Source of the DNA: Callorhinchus milii
Taxonomy: Eukaryota
DNA: 64,000 bases
NCBI RefSeq assembly: GCF_018977255.1
Contig: NW_024704743.1
Coordinates: forward strand, 103,356,001-103,420,000
Direction: 5' to 3'
Shown here in pieces: positions 1 to 14,014 of the stretch (position 1 is its first letter; every line of letters begins with the position of its first letter). The notes under the pieces were generated by a model. It saw only the letters and a list, made by a program, of their open reading frames with translations, was not told the DNA's origin and searched no databases. Both the position numbers and the translations under genes were made by a program.

Positions 1-237
1 GTTTACCAAGCAGTAAGTAGGAACCCAGCTGTTAGTCAATCAGCAGATCGCTTTTCCAGTGGTAATAATTTATTTTAAAAAAAATTGGTCACTTCAATCC
101 ACGACTGTTTGCGGGACATTGCTGTGTACAATTGGCTGCCGCGTTTCGTCCACAAAATATACAGTCGATTCACTATATTCTGTGAAGCGCTTTGAGACGT
201 CGCGAAGACATGATAAGGCGCTATATCAAATACAAGG

Positions 238-269
<32 letters not shown>

Positions 270-270
270 C
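1..270 (+). mobile_element. SINE subfamily B, cut by window start
   Basis: gtttaccaagcagtaagtaggaaccc...agcgctttgagacgtcgcgaagacatgataaggcgct; (tta)n tail 238-270. Confidence 0.88.
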
Positions 271-636
271 TTAATTGTAAGATAAAAGCTCCTACATGCT
301 ATTGGTTAGTTGTGATTTCAGGGCTTGAATAAGATGTAATTATGTGAACCATATATATTTGCTTCATGTTAATGCTTACATTATTTTCATTGTGATTTTT
401 GATTATTTGCCTATCATTTCTTTATCATAATAATATAATATTCACTGGTTGATCATCACATATGCTGCTCTTAACTGATAGTTTCTGAGAATTCACGTCA
501 CTTGCCATAAAAACAATGTAAAAATGTTCCAAGGCCTTTTCCACAAGAAGGCAAGAGAGGGTCAAACAAAGACTTACGATGGAGAAAGGAAAAGATGTGC
601 CATTGGACTTCGCCTTTAGTCCTCGGAACGTCTGGT

Positions 637-1733
637 GCAGCATTCCTCAGGGCTCTGTCCTTGGTCCCCTCCTCTTCAATATCTATATGCTTCCTCTTGG
701 TGACATCATGGCGCAGACATGGGGGTCAACTTCCACATGTATGCGGATGACACCCAACTCTAGCTCTCTGCCTCCACCCTTGACTCCAGGACCACTGCTG
801 TCCTGACAGAATGTCTGTCAGACATGAATTCCTGGATGAGACCTAACTTTCTGTAGTTGAACGTCAATAAGACCGAGACTCTCCTGATTGGCTCCCGTCA
901 GCGCCTCCTCACCTCAGAAGCTGACAGCATCACCATCCATTGGTGGCACTCTCCACCTTGCTAAGCCAGTCCGGAACCATGGGGTCTTGTTTGACCCTCA
1001 ACTATCCTTTCTACCCCACATCTGCGCCATTAATCGCTTTGCCTTCCCCCACCGCCGCATTGTCGCCAAGCTCCGACACTGTCTAACACCGCAGGCTGCC
1101 GAAACCCTCACACATGCTTTCATTACATCGAAGCTTGACTATGCAAACTCATTGCGTGTCGGTCTCCCCAACTCCTCCCTCCACAGGCTGCAGATCATCC
1201 AGAACTCTGCAGCCCGTGTCCTTTCCCGCACTAGGCTCCGTGACCCTATTACCCCATCCTCGCCCAAGTCCATTGGCTAACCATCACACAGAGGATATAT
1301 TTCAAGATCCTGGTCTTCACCTTCAAAGCCCTCCACGGTCTTGCCCCCCCCCCCCCCCCCCACCTCTCTGACCTCCTAACCCCCTACCATTCTGTTTGTT
1401 CCCTCCACTCAGCGGGCTCTGGCCTGCTTCACATCCCCCGCCTTGCTCGCCCCACTATTGGTGGGCGGGTCTTCCGCCACTCTGCCCCCACCCTCTGGAA
1501 CTCCATCCCGCAGTCCCTCCGTCTCGCCTGCTCCCTCGCCACCTTCAAGACCCATCTCAAGACCCTCCTGTTCGACCGTGCTTTCGATCTCTCTGCTTCC
1601 CCCCCTGCACTCCACCCTCCCCCACCCCGACCTCCAGCTCGGGTCTATAACTCTGTCTGTCCAGTGCCTTGGGACGTCCTCCCGATGTGAAAGGCGCTAT
1701 ACAGAAGTAATTGCGTTTTTGTTTTTGTTGTTG
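637..1733 (+). mobile_element. L2 LINE 3' portion (RT C-terminal half to tail)
   Basis: [16 protein letters not shown]-encoding atgcggatgac, SKLDYANSL; 3' hairpin and ttg tail. Confidence 0.92.
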
Positions 1734-3494
1734 GATTTGGGAAGTACACTTTTTTTTGTTCAGCTGGGTGATACACGTAGAAAACTATCATCAAGTTTCA
1801 GAGCATTCAAAACCAAACAGAGTTCCATGCATGTCATCTATGGAGTTATGAATACACAGAATGTGGTATTGCATTTGATACCGCACCTTTATATTTGGAG
1901 GGCATCTCAAAATGCTTCAGAGAAGTTTCTATAAAATACACGTGTCACAAACAGCCAGGAAGTAAATAAACAATAAATAAGGCAAGAAAATATTTAATTC
2001 TGGATTATTTGGAGTTTACAGAAGTGGAGACTAGGATTTGGAGACATCTTGGTTTTGGATGGTGGTTTTTACATGTTGAGGTAGGATAGCGATTTAAGGG
2101 AGAATAATATTTTCCACGCTGAAAGAAGGTGCCTTTGTTCAAAGCCTCAATACAAGGGTTTGAAGTAAAGCTGAGAGTCAAGCAAACTGTCAAGGTTGTG
2201 TACTGGCTAGTTTAGACCAGCTGTATAGAATGAGTAACTTTTCAGAACAACTGAAATAGTTTGGAGTGTTCACGGGAACAGAAGTAAGCTATTTAGCTCA
2301 TTGAACCTGCTCTATCATTTTGTTAGGTTATGGCAGCTCTTTATCTTTTTAAAATCCCATTTCCTGAACTTTTCTCCATATCCCACAATATAATTATTTG
2401 TGAAGTATCTATATATCTCACTTAGAACACGTCAACCAATTCTGCATTTATGGCCTTCTGCAGGAGTGCATTTAATATTTTTACAACCTTTTATGTTGTG
2501 AGGAAATGTTTTTTGGAATCACTTTTAACTAGTTTAGGTCTTTATTTCAAGATCACATCCTTGTTCATATCCCATTGATGTATAATGGCACTTATATATC
2601 ACAGTTGCACGAGAGAACCCATTTTCAAATGCACTGAAATTATATTCTTACAGTACGTGGTAATCAGTGTACAAATGTACGTTAATTATACAAATGCCAT
2701 TTTTATGTATAGTTTCACAATGAAAGCACCCAGATTCACATTACTTTCCCAAATAAACTTTTTCGATAATTATGCTGTCAATGGTGATTAATTAAAAAAT
2801 TAATTGCTCTTCCACAAAAATCAAACCAACAATTTTTTCGGCTTCTAAAATCCTAAATTGTTTCACTTAACTTTTCAATATAGAGACGTCTGCGATGTGT
2901 GGTGATGGTTTAAAACTGAAGCTTGCACTGAGGTCTAAATTGCAGGAATTTCCAATGGGATCCCTTAATAACAACTCTCAGTAATAATTGGGAACTCATA
3001 GTAACCAGAAACATGTCACGCCAACCTATGGGAACTCCACTCTGGAAATGGATCCTGCCAGACTGGAGTTGATGCAGGTTGGCATCACATACACTCTATT
3101 GTTATATCAGTTAGCAGCAGTGGATCATGGCACTGAATTGCTGGTTCACAGCAAAACTGACTTTCTTTATTAAGTTAAGCCAGTGTCCTGGAGGCCTGCA
3201 TTCAATTGGTACAATTAGCAGAATCACAAGAACCACAATGCTGCAGGCCAGCTCTGTACCCAACCATTGTGATTAAGTTGGGAGGATTCACTAGTCTCCA
3301 CTGCATTTATCAATATAATATTTACAACAAGAGTAGCACAGCAACAATAACTTGCATTTATATAGTGCCCTTCATGCGGGGTAGCTTAACACTGGCGGTG
3401 CCGGAAGATGAAAATTATCATGTTGCAATCACAATTATGCACAAAATTATTTTGAAATCAATGATTCCACAGTTTTTAATACACTTTTCTTCAT

Positions 3495-3880
3495 AAAGAC
3501 AGTGCACCTTCAATAGCCATACACATCACTTGGCAAGTTCCTTCTCAATCTATTTTTCTCACTTAGACATGACTAACCTCCTTGTTTCACTTTGGTAATG
3601 GGTACTTTCATAAGTGCACACAGGCAAAACAGTGTGGTAGCACTGTGTGAAGAAAAACATACAAGTACTAAATCAATTAATTCAGCTACTGAGGGCATGA
3701 ATTGAATGCCAGGAGGGATGAGATCAAACAATAATATTCACAGTGGCAAGTAAAGGTTATTTGCTCATGAATTTCCCTTTCACTCCCAATACATAAGTAA
3801 AAGTTGAGAAGTACTGTAGCTAATTAGCTGGTTCGAGATCTCACACATTGCAGTCTATTGTCCCACACAAGTAGAATATT
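3495..3880 (-). mobile_element. Probable decayed Harbinger transposase fragment
   Basis: Ordered remnants CVG-TIDC, KGKF.S..LLATV, PG-SIH, LMKVP, AIEGA. Confidence 0.45.
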
Positions 3881-4870
3881 GGAACATATTAAAATAAAGT
3901 ATTTTCCTTCCTCCAATACCTCATTATTAGCTTAATTCACTTCTGATCCTTCTGGAATAAGACATGAAAATAGTCAGGTAAAAATTGTGGAATGTGATTG
4001 AACGATTATTAAAATCAAGTAGAATAATAATAATAATCCTTGCATTTGATATAGCACCTTATCACTTCTTCAACATCTCAAAGTGCTTCACAGAATATAA
4101 TGTAAAGTGAATTAATTGTATGTTTTTTGGGCAAAATGCAAAACAAGATTTTCCATATTTACACATTATTTCCAATAGAAACAGTTCAACAGTTTCATTC
4201 ACCTCTCTCCCCCAATTCGCTCATGTAGGAAGATATTTTTAAACATGATAAGGACTGAAAATCTAAACAGACTAATCAATATTCAATTTCAAACATTCTG
4301 ATGTTTTTACCAGTGCTCATCTGTTAACAACTCAAATAAATTCACTGCTGCAGAAGGCCAATGCAGAACTTAATAATAATAATATAAGAATTAGCTTTGT
4401 TTCAGATCTGCATAACTGTCAATTTTTACCATATTTTCTTCTGGACTACAATGTCTTCTTTAATAAGCACCTAGAGGACCATCCACAATCCATGTCAACA
4501 AAGCTATTGGTATTAATGTGTGTGTTGACTCATTTAATTGCACTTAAATGATGCAGAATGATGTGGGTTCAAGCCTCAAGTTCTGACTTTGATTCACATA
4601 GACTCAATTGATATCCAAATGTTGTGTTGGGCAATGCTTCATTATTTTCTAAACATAATATCTCAGCAATGAAATCAAATGCAAGGATTTTTATTATTAT
4701 TATAATTAGAAATTCCGTCCTTTTGTGAAATGTGAAACTGAGGACTCATCTACCTGTTCAGATGGATGTTAAAGATCTCATGGCACTATTTGAAAAGAGA
4801 AGTGATTTGTTCATGGTGTCCTGTCCAACAATTTCCCCAGATTAAAACAAATTGGCTGTTTGTGGGACCC

Positions 4871-5430
4871 TGCTTGTCGACCTTCCTAACTCTTCCCTCC
4901 ACAAAATGCAGAGCATCCAAAACTCTGCACATTATGTCGTCTCCCTCACTAGGATCCGTAACCCTATCACCCCCACCCTCACCCAGCTCCAATGGCTCCC
5001 CATCCTCCAGAGGATAGAATTGAAAATCCTCATCCTGACCTTCAAAGTCCTCTGTGGCCTTGCTACTTCCTGCCTCTGTGACCTGCTAACACCATATGAT
5101 CTGTCTGCTCCCTCCGCTCAGCAGGCTCCGACCTGCTCAAAGTCCCCCTCCTAGTCCACTTCACCATCAGAGGTCAGGCCTTCAGACTCTCTGCCCCCAC
5201 TCTTTCGAACTCCATCCCACAGTCCCTTTGCATTTCTCCCTCCCTTCTCTCCTTCAAGGCATGACTCAAGACTCTACTCTTCAATTGGTCACCCTCCTAC
5301 CCCTTCCCTCCCTGCCCTCCACCCCTCCTGATCCCCTCCCCCTGCTCTGGTCCAAATCCCTGACTGTCCAGCGCCTTCGAAAGTCTTCCCGACATGAAAG
5401 ATGCTATAAACATCTATTTTGTTGTTGTTA
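4871..5430 (+). mobile_element. L2 LINE 3' fragment
   Basis: LHKMQSIQNSAH, LQWLPILQRIELKIL; 3' hairpin and ttg tail. Confidence 0.88.
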
Positions 5431-6109
5431 TTCTTTATCCTTTCAAGCTCTCCAGGGGCCTGCCCCGTGTGAAGGACGCTATATAATTGCAAGTTGGTGT
5501 TGTTGTATTCTGTAGAATATCCTTGGCAGGGCTTTGAGACATCCAACATGAAAGGTGAAATGTTAGATATGGGAGTTAGTACTATTGTTATTACTTACAA
5601 TATCCAAGGCAGAAATAAAAAATTCTCATCTCATATTTTCATGCAACGTGAGGTATTGAATGTCTGTTTAAAGTGTCTCTATGCTGCCTCCACATTATCC
5701 ATCACAATAAAAGCCCTAACCCACGCTTCATAGACTGAATTTATTATTGAATTTATAATTGTGTAACTCATCCCTCAGAAGGACTTTGTTAACTGCAACC
5801 AGTTGGTTGTTCCCAGTGACCCGGCCATAATTTTCTGCTTCAGCCTCTCTTGAGCTGTCATATTGTTACCACAATAATCCCCACTTCTAATAAATGGAAA
5901 GCCACAAGGACAGTTACTATACAGAAAAATAATTACATTTCACGGGCCTACAGTAAATTTCCTCACGAAAGGACTACACGCAAATTACCTCTATGCCCCT
6001 ATAGCTTTTACAGAATTTGTGATTGTGCCCAACCACAATTACTGGCCAGCCTAAAAAGAGTACTCAGCCTGAACACTAAAATTAAATTAAATTAATGGAG
6101 AAAATGCCA

Positions 6110-6840
6110 GAGACAATGACTGGGATTTGATGGAGGAGTGTCATTTAGTGGCTTCATCAATGTGGAAGGATAGCAAATATTAGCCTATTATTCAAAACAG
6201 GAGTGAGGTACGAGCCCAAAATGATTGACTTCACATCTAGAGAGAGGAATGTTCTTTAAAGTATTATGCAGGATGCCATCAATGCTCAGATGAGGAGCAC
6301 AGGTGCTCAAAAGAGTCACCAATGAGAATTTAGAAGCAATATGTCATGTCTCATGAATCTAATATAATTCTTTGAGGAGATTGCTAGAGAATGAGGGGAT
6401 TACTAAACCAGAGAATTTCCAACGGAAATAATGCACCTGGATTTTCAGAAAACATTTAATACTGTTTGGCATCTGTAACATTTAAATAGGTTCCATTAAA
6501 ACTTATGAGATTAATGTAATTTAGGCATTTGAAATTAAAACCTGTCTTAACAATTAACATTGACGATAAAAGGTAAATAAAGTTCTGCAGATGAGATAAT
6601 GACTAGCAATATATATACAATACCAAGAATACAAGATGAGAAGATGACTAATATAGGATCTCTAACTTACGAGAAAACGTTAATTGGAGTAGTGAAAGCT
6701 TGAGAGGTTGGAAATGCGCTGAAGGTTTTTAAAATGTCGAGGCACAAAGAATGAAAGCATTACCAGGGTATCTGAGTTTTACCATGGGAAGAGTACGTGA
6801 GGGTTCAGGTTTAAAATTAAATTTTAAAAAACGTCAAGCA
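6110..6840 (+). mobile_element. Old, fragmented CR1 RT remnant
   Basis: tcatgtctcatgaatctaatataattctttgaggag and ctggattttcagaaaacatttaatactgtt correspond to SCLTNL.FFE and LDFQKAFD.V. Confidence 0.65.
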
Positions 6841-7388
6841 GAACCAGTCACTAGTGAGTGAATGTGTAGAACAGACGGCCAACAAAAGCAATTGGTGTTG
6901 TGCCAATTGATTTCTTCAAAGATAGTGATACTTATCTGTGAGAGCAGTATTATCAATAATATAATCTATGAATTTGATATATTGCTTTATCATGTCGTTA
7001 CGGTGTCCAATCTACTTTACAGGATTTTAGTTTGGAATGTAGTGACTATATTTGTAGGCAAATGCTGCAACCAATTTGCACACAACTATGTCCCACATAC
7101 AGCCAAGAGGTTATCTGGGGACGGTTGGCCAGGATACAATGATTAATTTGTGGGTTCTGTCCATTCTGTAACCAAATCTGAGAAAGATTTCTGATAAAGT
7201 GCTGAAACCTTTCTCTCATAGTTTATGACATCATTTAAACTCCTTGGGCAAGTTATTTGTCTTGTTAACTTGCTAGGCAACTCTTATTCGATAAATAGAC
7301 AATACATTCTAGAGCAATGATAATCTAGTCAAGATCCACTTCGTGGCAGGAAAACAGATATGGTGTTCACAGAAAATGCAAATTTAAC

Positions 7389-7950
7389 AATAATAATAAT
7401 AAAATCCTTGCATCTGATTGGGCGCCTTATCACCTCATTGAGATGTCTCAAAGTGCTTCACAGGATATACTGTAAAGTGGACTGACTGCGTATTTCATTT
7501 TGCCCACAAAATATACAGTCAATTCACTTTACAGTATATTCTGTGAAGCGCTTTGAGACATCTCGAAGATGTGATAAGGCACTATATCAAATGCAAGGAT
7601 TAATATTATTATATTGTGATTAAAATTTGGCAGCCAGTTCGCTTACGGCAGTGGCCACAAACAGCCATAGAATGAGTGACCAATTTTAGTTGGGGATTTA
7701 TTGGTCAGGACGCCAGGAGAAACTCCTTTCTCTTTTGAAAAGGGCCATGTGACCTTTTATTACCCACCTGACAGGCAGACCTCGGTTTAACGTTTCATCC
7801 AAAGGACAGCACCAGCAACAATGCAATACACCCCCAGCACTGCATTGAAATGCCAGTTTAGACAACATGATTCTAATTTCCAATTTGGGGCTTGAATGCA
7901 AAACCTTCAACATTCAGAGATGAGAGTGCTACCACAAAGCCAGGTTGACA
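7389..7950 (-). mobile_element. DeuSINE with an oppositely oriented SINE tail (~7500-7612) inserted
   Basis: Antisense Deu domain (cctcggtttaacgtttcatcc) and head; tail at 7389. Confidence 0.8.
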
Positions 7951-9465
7951 CACAATTTCACTTCAATGTATGAATGGGAAAGTCTAGAAATATGGAATCA
8001 TGGAAGATGGTGTATAAAACTAATAGATATCAGCTAGAATTATGTTATTTTAGTCAGCCAGTCTGCCACATGCGGAAACATCAACATGCTGAAGAGTATT
8101 TATACCAGACTTTGATAAATGTCTGCTAACTTTACATAGAAATTTCTCGGTGTCTGGACTGGAATGAACACTGTCTCCCTGGAGGAATGCTGTCTGCTTA
8201 TCTAATTCTGGACAGTATTAGGCACAGACTAGGGAAAGCCAAGGTTTGAGAACCCTAGAGTATATGTTGGGGTACTGCTGGAGGTTAACCAGATGAAACC
8301 ATCTAGCCTGCCATTAAGTGTACTATCAGGCAAGCTTTTGTTTCGCTTGCATGAATAAAATGGGGCCTCGTGGGACAATCCTTATCACGCCCACACCCCA
8401 CCCCCCCCACCCCCACCTGCCCCCTTCCAGTAACCAGTCTACCACTCCAAGTTCTTCCTGATCCATCTTTGATCAGAAGTGCCTTGAGACATCTGGTATC
8501 CGTCTTTGGTCAGCACCCGATCAACACTGCTTCAGGGTACTGCAGGCCCACCTCACTCAGGAACTGAACTACTGAAATTGAGGATGAACTCAATTTCAAC
8601 ATTCTGTGCAAACACTTCAGTTTGGAGCCAGCTCAGCTGGAAGGGGACCCTGGTTACCTGCCCCCTACTGACCATTTTGATTTTATAATAGTTGTAGTGT
8701 TCTGTCACAATCTTTTTAGATTCTGTATCTTATTTGTTATAGATCTTTTCATCTGCATCCTGACACCACAAACATACTCTATTAACTTAATGATTAGTAA
8801 AATAACAAGTCAAACACATTGATGCATCAAAAGGTAAATTGCATAGCTAGCAGTGAGTTTAAAACAGCAATTCATTTGCAGGTCTCTGATGACATTTACA
8901 AACTGTTTGAACGCCTCTCTCTTGGGTTGTGCTGCTGTCATGCTCGACAAAACAGAAATAAAAATTCATATTCTTGCTGGTTTGACATTCCAATGGCCAA
9001 GTCACAAGCCAAGCAGTTTTTTGGAGTTTGAAAAATACATAATAAAATTCATGTGTTTTTTATTGCTAATTAATTATAAATTTTGAAAATGAGAATATGT
9101 CAGAGCCAGTAATATGAGATGATACATTTTAGGGCTTGTGTGGAGCTGACCACAATCCATTCATGTCATCCAGTCAACCTCATTGTTGAGATATTTATCA
9201 AATCACTTTAGTGACCCTGACATGCCCTCTACTCATCACGATCATAAGTGGTAATCATAGTGCTGAGGCCTGAAAACAATGCAAACGCTTGTGTGGTAAA
9301 TAATTTGATTCCTTACATATGTGAGAAAATTTCTGCTCTATTAAAGAACCATCCCCACATTTATGCCATAATTGCATAACAGAAGGACAGCATGGTGACG
9401 ATAGGCGTGCATATAAGGTTAGAATTCCATACAAGAACTAAACTAATGAATCACAACACATATAT

Positions 9466-9619
9466 AACAACAACAACAACAAGATTGCATTTATAGAGCG
9501 CCTTTCACGTCCCAAGGCGCTGGACAGTTGAATCGGGACCCGAGCAGGGGGGAAATGGTGAGGGGAGGGAAGGGAGGGAGCGAGAATGGGGTAGAGAGTC
9601 GAGAGGGGAGCAGAAGCCA
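9466..9619 (-). mobile_element. L2 LINE 3' end (same subfamily as 42663-44678)
   Basis: (aac)n tail, aagattgcatttatagagcgcctttcacgt, purine-rich 3' UTR unit. Confidence 0.85.
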
Positions 9620-11420
9620 CTTGATATAGCACTTGATATGGTGAAAAATAAAATGGTTCATAAAAGGTTTCGATTATATTGTCAAATCTATTCTGAAAGT
9701 CGACACATTTTTCCAAATATTCCTAATGACTGGCCCCAGGTTTAACCAAGACAGACAGTCAGTGCAAAGGATGGATTGTGCTGGACTGTCGTACTTTGCA
9801 TTGCAAAGCAGCAATTAAGTTGTGAAATAGGCAACTCCCTTTGCAAATTTCTTTTTAAGAATTTCTCAGCAATGTTTTACAGTTCACAAGAGTCCAGAAG
9901 ATGAAGGCTCTTCAGCACATTTGATCTCAGCTGCCCAGAATACCATTTTGCCTTCCATTTATCTGTTGTACATTTAACTTGCAATGACCAGCCTATATGC
10001 ATATCCTATCAAGCTTTCTTTGTAAGATGTCACAAAGGATTGGAAAAAGGTGAAATACATTACCTTAGAGGACCATAGATGCAGATTCATTTGAGATATT
10101 TGAAAGGGAGATACTGTAGTTAGATTATTGGAAGGTATTAAGGATACTGGCAAAAATGAGGAAATAGGAATAAAATAGTAAAGAGTTGCCATTAACCAGT
10201 AGAATGGTGGAGGAGGCAAAATGGGTTAAATGCCCAATTCCTGTTTCTGAATTTCTGAATTTTCATTATGCCATGAATCAAGAAATATTCAATCAAGAGA
10301 AAACTGAAAACACACTACTGATCAAAGACGGATATAACTAGACTTGTGCGAATGTTCCAGAACCGCTTCCTGACTGCCTCGTGAGCTAATTCTGGTCCGC
10401 AGGTCACAGGTTGGCCACTGCTGTGTTACATTATAATTCTATATCACGTCATCGAAACGCCTCAAAATACTTCACAATATTTACTGTCAAGTGATTGCTT
10501 GTATTTGTAAACAAATCCAACGCAACTAATTTGCATGCAGCAATGTCCCAGAGACAGCAATGAAATGAATGACCAATTTTATCTGGAGGTTTGTTGCTCA
10601 GGACACCGGGAAGCTTGAACCCATAACTTTTGAATCAGAGGTACTGCCAACACAGCCTGAATGTCATCCTACATGTTGCAGTGATTGAAGTTGCATTTGT
10701 AGTTGGATTGTTTTATTCATTTGTTTTAGGTGGCGACATTTGTTTGCACAATATTCCTGTTGCCAGTAAAAAGACCACAAAGATGAAAATTCATAAAATT
10801 GTTTGGAGAAATGTGCAAATTGTGACAATGTTAAATGTTTAAAGGTTGATGAATCTTAGTACCACTCTCATAGTATTGGTTACAAGAGCTGTCGTTATTT
10901 GCTACTTGTAGCAGATGGTACAGTTGACTGAAAAGCCTATGTAGTAATATCAAATATTAAATACAGTGGTGGCCATATAATGTTTGCCCAAATTATCTGG
11001 CTATTAGGACACTCTCCATTTTGTGTTATGAAATGTGGGATCATTACAAAAATACTGTAGATAAAATCTTATAGCATATGAGATCTCTCACTTTTTTTGA
11101 AACAAGTAAATTATATGCTCTCCATTTGTCCTCTTGTAGTGAAATTAGTGTTGGCTCAACTATGTTTGTTGTTTAGAAGTTACAAATATCCACTCAGAAT
11201 GCATTTAGTGCAGGATTTGTTATAAAATACATACTTCAACCTAAAGTAATTTGAATAACATCTAGAGTATGAATATAGAGGTGTTGTTCAGAGGTGAATC
11301 CAGTTCAACAAAAAATGGCATTTGGTCATGTTCAAGCTGAATGTTGCAAGTTTGTATCAAATGTGCATTTGCTATTAAACTCTCTTTGTGAGACCTCACT
11401 AAGGGTCGAAAGAATGAAAC

Positions 11421-11719
11421 TTGTCCGCTCCCTCCGTTCAGCAGGCGGTCAGGCCTTCAGCCTTTCTGCCCCCACCCTATGGAATTTCATCCCACATTCC
11501 CTTTGCCTCGCTGCCTCCCTTGCCTTCTTTGCATCTCAAAACCCTCCCCTTCGACTGAGCCTTCGGCAACTCTCCTATCCTCCCTGCCCTCCACCCTCCC
11601 CAATCCCCAGCTCGGGTCCAAATCCCTGACTGTGCAGAGCCTTGGGACGTCCTCCCGACATGAAAGGCGCTATCCCGACATGAAAGGCGCTATACAAATG
11701 TAACTTTGTATTGTATTGT
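11421..11719 (+). mobile_element. L2 LINE 3' fragment with 20-bp tandem duplication in the terminal hairpin
   Basis: AFSLSAPTLWN motif; tcccgacatgaaaggcgcta x2. Confidence 0.88.
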
Positions 11720-14014
11720 AAATACATTAATCCAGAGGGTCATCAATGTAGATTCATTTGAGATGTTTAAAAGGGAGATACTGCAGATAATAATATAATA
11801 AGCCTTACATTTGATGTAGTCCTTATCACATTTTTGAGACAGATTCTTTAACAAATAGATTCTTTGAAGGTATTACTCGACCAACAATCCTCCAGATTAA
11901 TTGTTTCTTCACACATTGCTTTTTGTTGGACTTTGCTAGTTGCCGCTATTATATATCAAAACAATCATTACATTACTGAGTGTCAAGCGCTTTGAGGTAT
12001 TTTAATGTTATGACTGCTTTAAAAATGCGCATTCTTCTATTGCTGTCTATGAAAATTAGACTAAATGACAATGACAAAAGTGAATGGGTGGGAAAAGAAC
12101 ATTTTTGCTCCTGGTAAAATGATGTTTTGCCAAAGTACCTAAGACTGTTCATCAATAGCTAAGGAGGAGGACATACTAGCAAAGACATACATGCAAGCAA
12201 AATAGAAAATAATTAAACCTGCATTAGAAAGACCAGTAAAACATTTCCAAATTTGTACTACAACAAATGGTTGATGGAAAACAACATTGAATTATGCTAA
12301 ATGCTAAATATTAAAAAAAAATCTTCTTGCTATATTTTAAAAATGAATTTTGCACTATGAAGACATATTGAAAGATTGCTACTTTTTGCAATCAATGTTA
12401 GATGAATCAGCCAGCTATTGGAAGCGATGGATCTAACTGTGGGGGAAAAAAATATATCAGAAGCTTTATAGAACAAGACAGATGGAAGATGGGCTCTTGG
12501 CAGGAGAGTGAGTTAAAACACAACCCCTTTCATTTGTGGGAACTGAGTTTCAATCTGTTCCAAATTTATGGGATGAATATCTACATTTACGGGCTATGTT
12601 TACCCAGTGTCTTGGAACGTCCTCCTGATGTGAAAGGCGCTATACAAATGTAATCTTGTTGCTGTTGTTGTTGTTTAAAGGCCCTAAATGAAATGGGTTT
12701 TGACCCTTAATCTTTTTCTGAATGAGCACAAATCCATATCACAAAACTGCCCATCAACTGATACACATTTCTTGTCTCAATGAAAGAGGGCACAAATATG
12801 GTTTATGTGGGAACCAGAATAATATATTTAATTGGTGCAGTGAAGCATCCTTTTCAGAGTTTAGACACAGCTTTAATCTTTACTTTGCCTATCCTGTTCT
12901 TGACGGTCTCATTAAACATGAATGAGAGGGGAAGAGGAGTTTTACATTATAACTTTAATGATTGTGATGATCACGACAATGCATCAAAAATTTAAATAAT
13001 TTAAAAAATAAAATCAAGGCTCAGAGTTAAATTTGATAAAACAACAAATTATTCCCAATTCACAAATGTGAGATTAGATACAACATTTTTTTTGTTTTCT
13101 TCTGTAATTCCAAAGAAATTTTCTAACATCTGCTTGATGTTAACTTTTCCACCTCAGATTGGATAAAAATTATATCATTAAACTCAAGAATTTGCAGCTG
13201 GAAACTGCATTGATTCTTTATGTTACCAACATTCTAAGTCTGTTTTCCAATCAGGTGAAACCAATCTCCAAAGTAAAATATTCATAGAGAGCTCTTTCCA
13301 CTGAAGCAGTTTAGTTGCAGGTTTTAATGAGCACTCAAATAAAGCAAATTAGAAAAGTATTAATGAGCATCGTCCTTAAAATAGCTGTAAGTTTATGTTC
13401 TAACAAGTGCAGGGCTAGAACATATATGCCTGTCTCCATATGGAATATGTTGATGATGATCATATTTGGCAGTGTTGACATGAGCAGAAAATATGTACAG
13501 GATGGGAGCCCTTTGTTTGGGAGTTGACAGAGTGGATGGAGAGGTTAATTAAAATGCTTCCTTCACATTGCCAAGATTGCATGTTCAGGACCTATAAACG
13601 TGGACTGATATGTTTTATCTATTACCTGGTCATCAGAAACAGAATTCCACAGTTGGCACAACAGATACATCATCCTCCTAGCTCTGCAGTAATTGCTCCT
13701 TGCTTGTAAAAGTTCAGGAACAAGCTTTAGATCCATATTAGGATCACTGTTTTTCTCTATATATACCGATGACCTGAATTGTGCTAGAATGGTCACAGTT
13801 TCTAAGTTTCCTGATCATACAAAATAGTGATGTAACTCACAGTGAAGAACATTGTAAGCAACAGCTTTCAAAATTCTGACTTGATAAATAAAATCTGCAG
13901 CGGTTTTATAAAATAGACGAATGTATAAAATAAATAAATGTTCAAGACCGGGATAAGGAAAAATGAATTAGATTGCCTCGGAACTTGGAATGTAGAAAAG
14001 GAAATCATGGGGGA

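Noticed and set aside
8820..9400. Further possible Harbinger remnants on the minus strand (GS.H.S, ERR.N)
   Set aside because: Motifs too short and need too many indels to support by eye.
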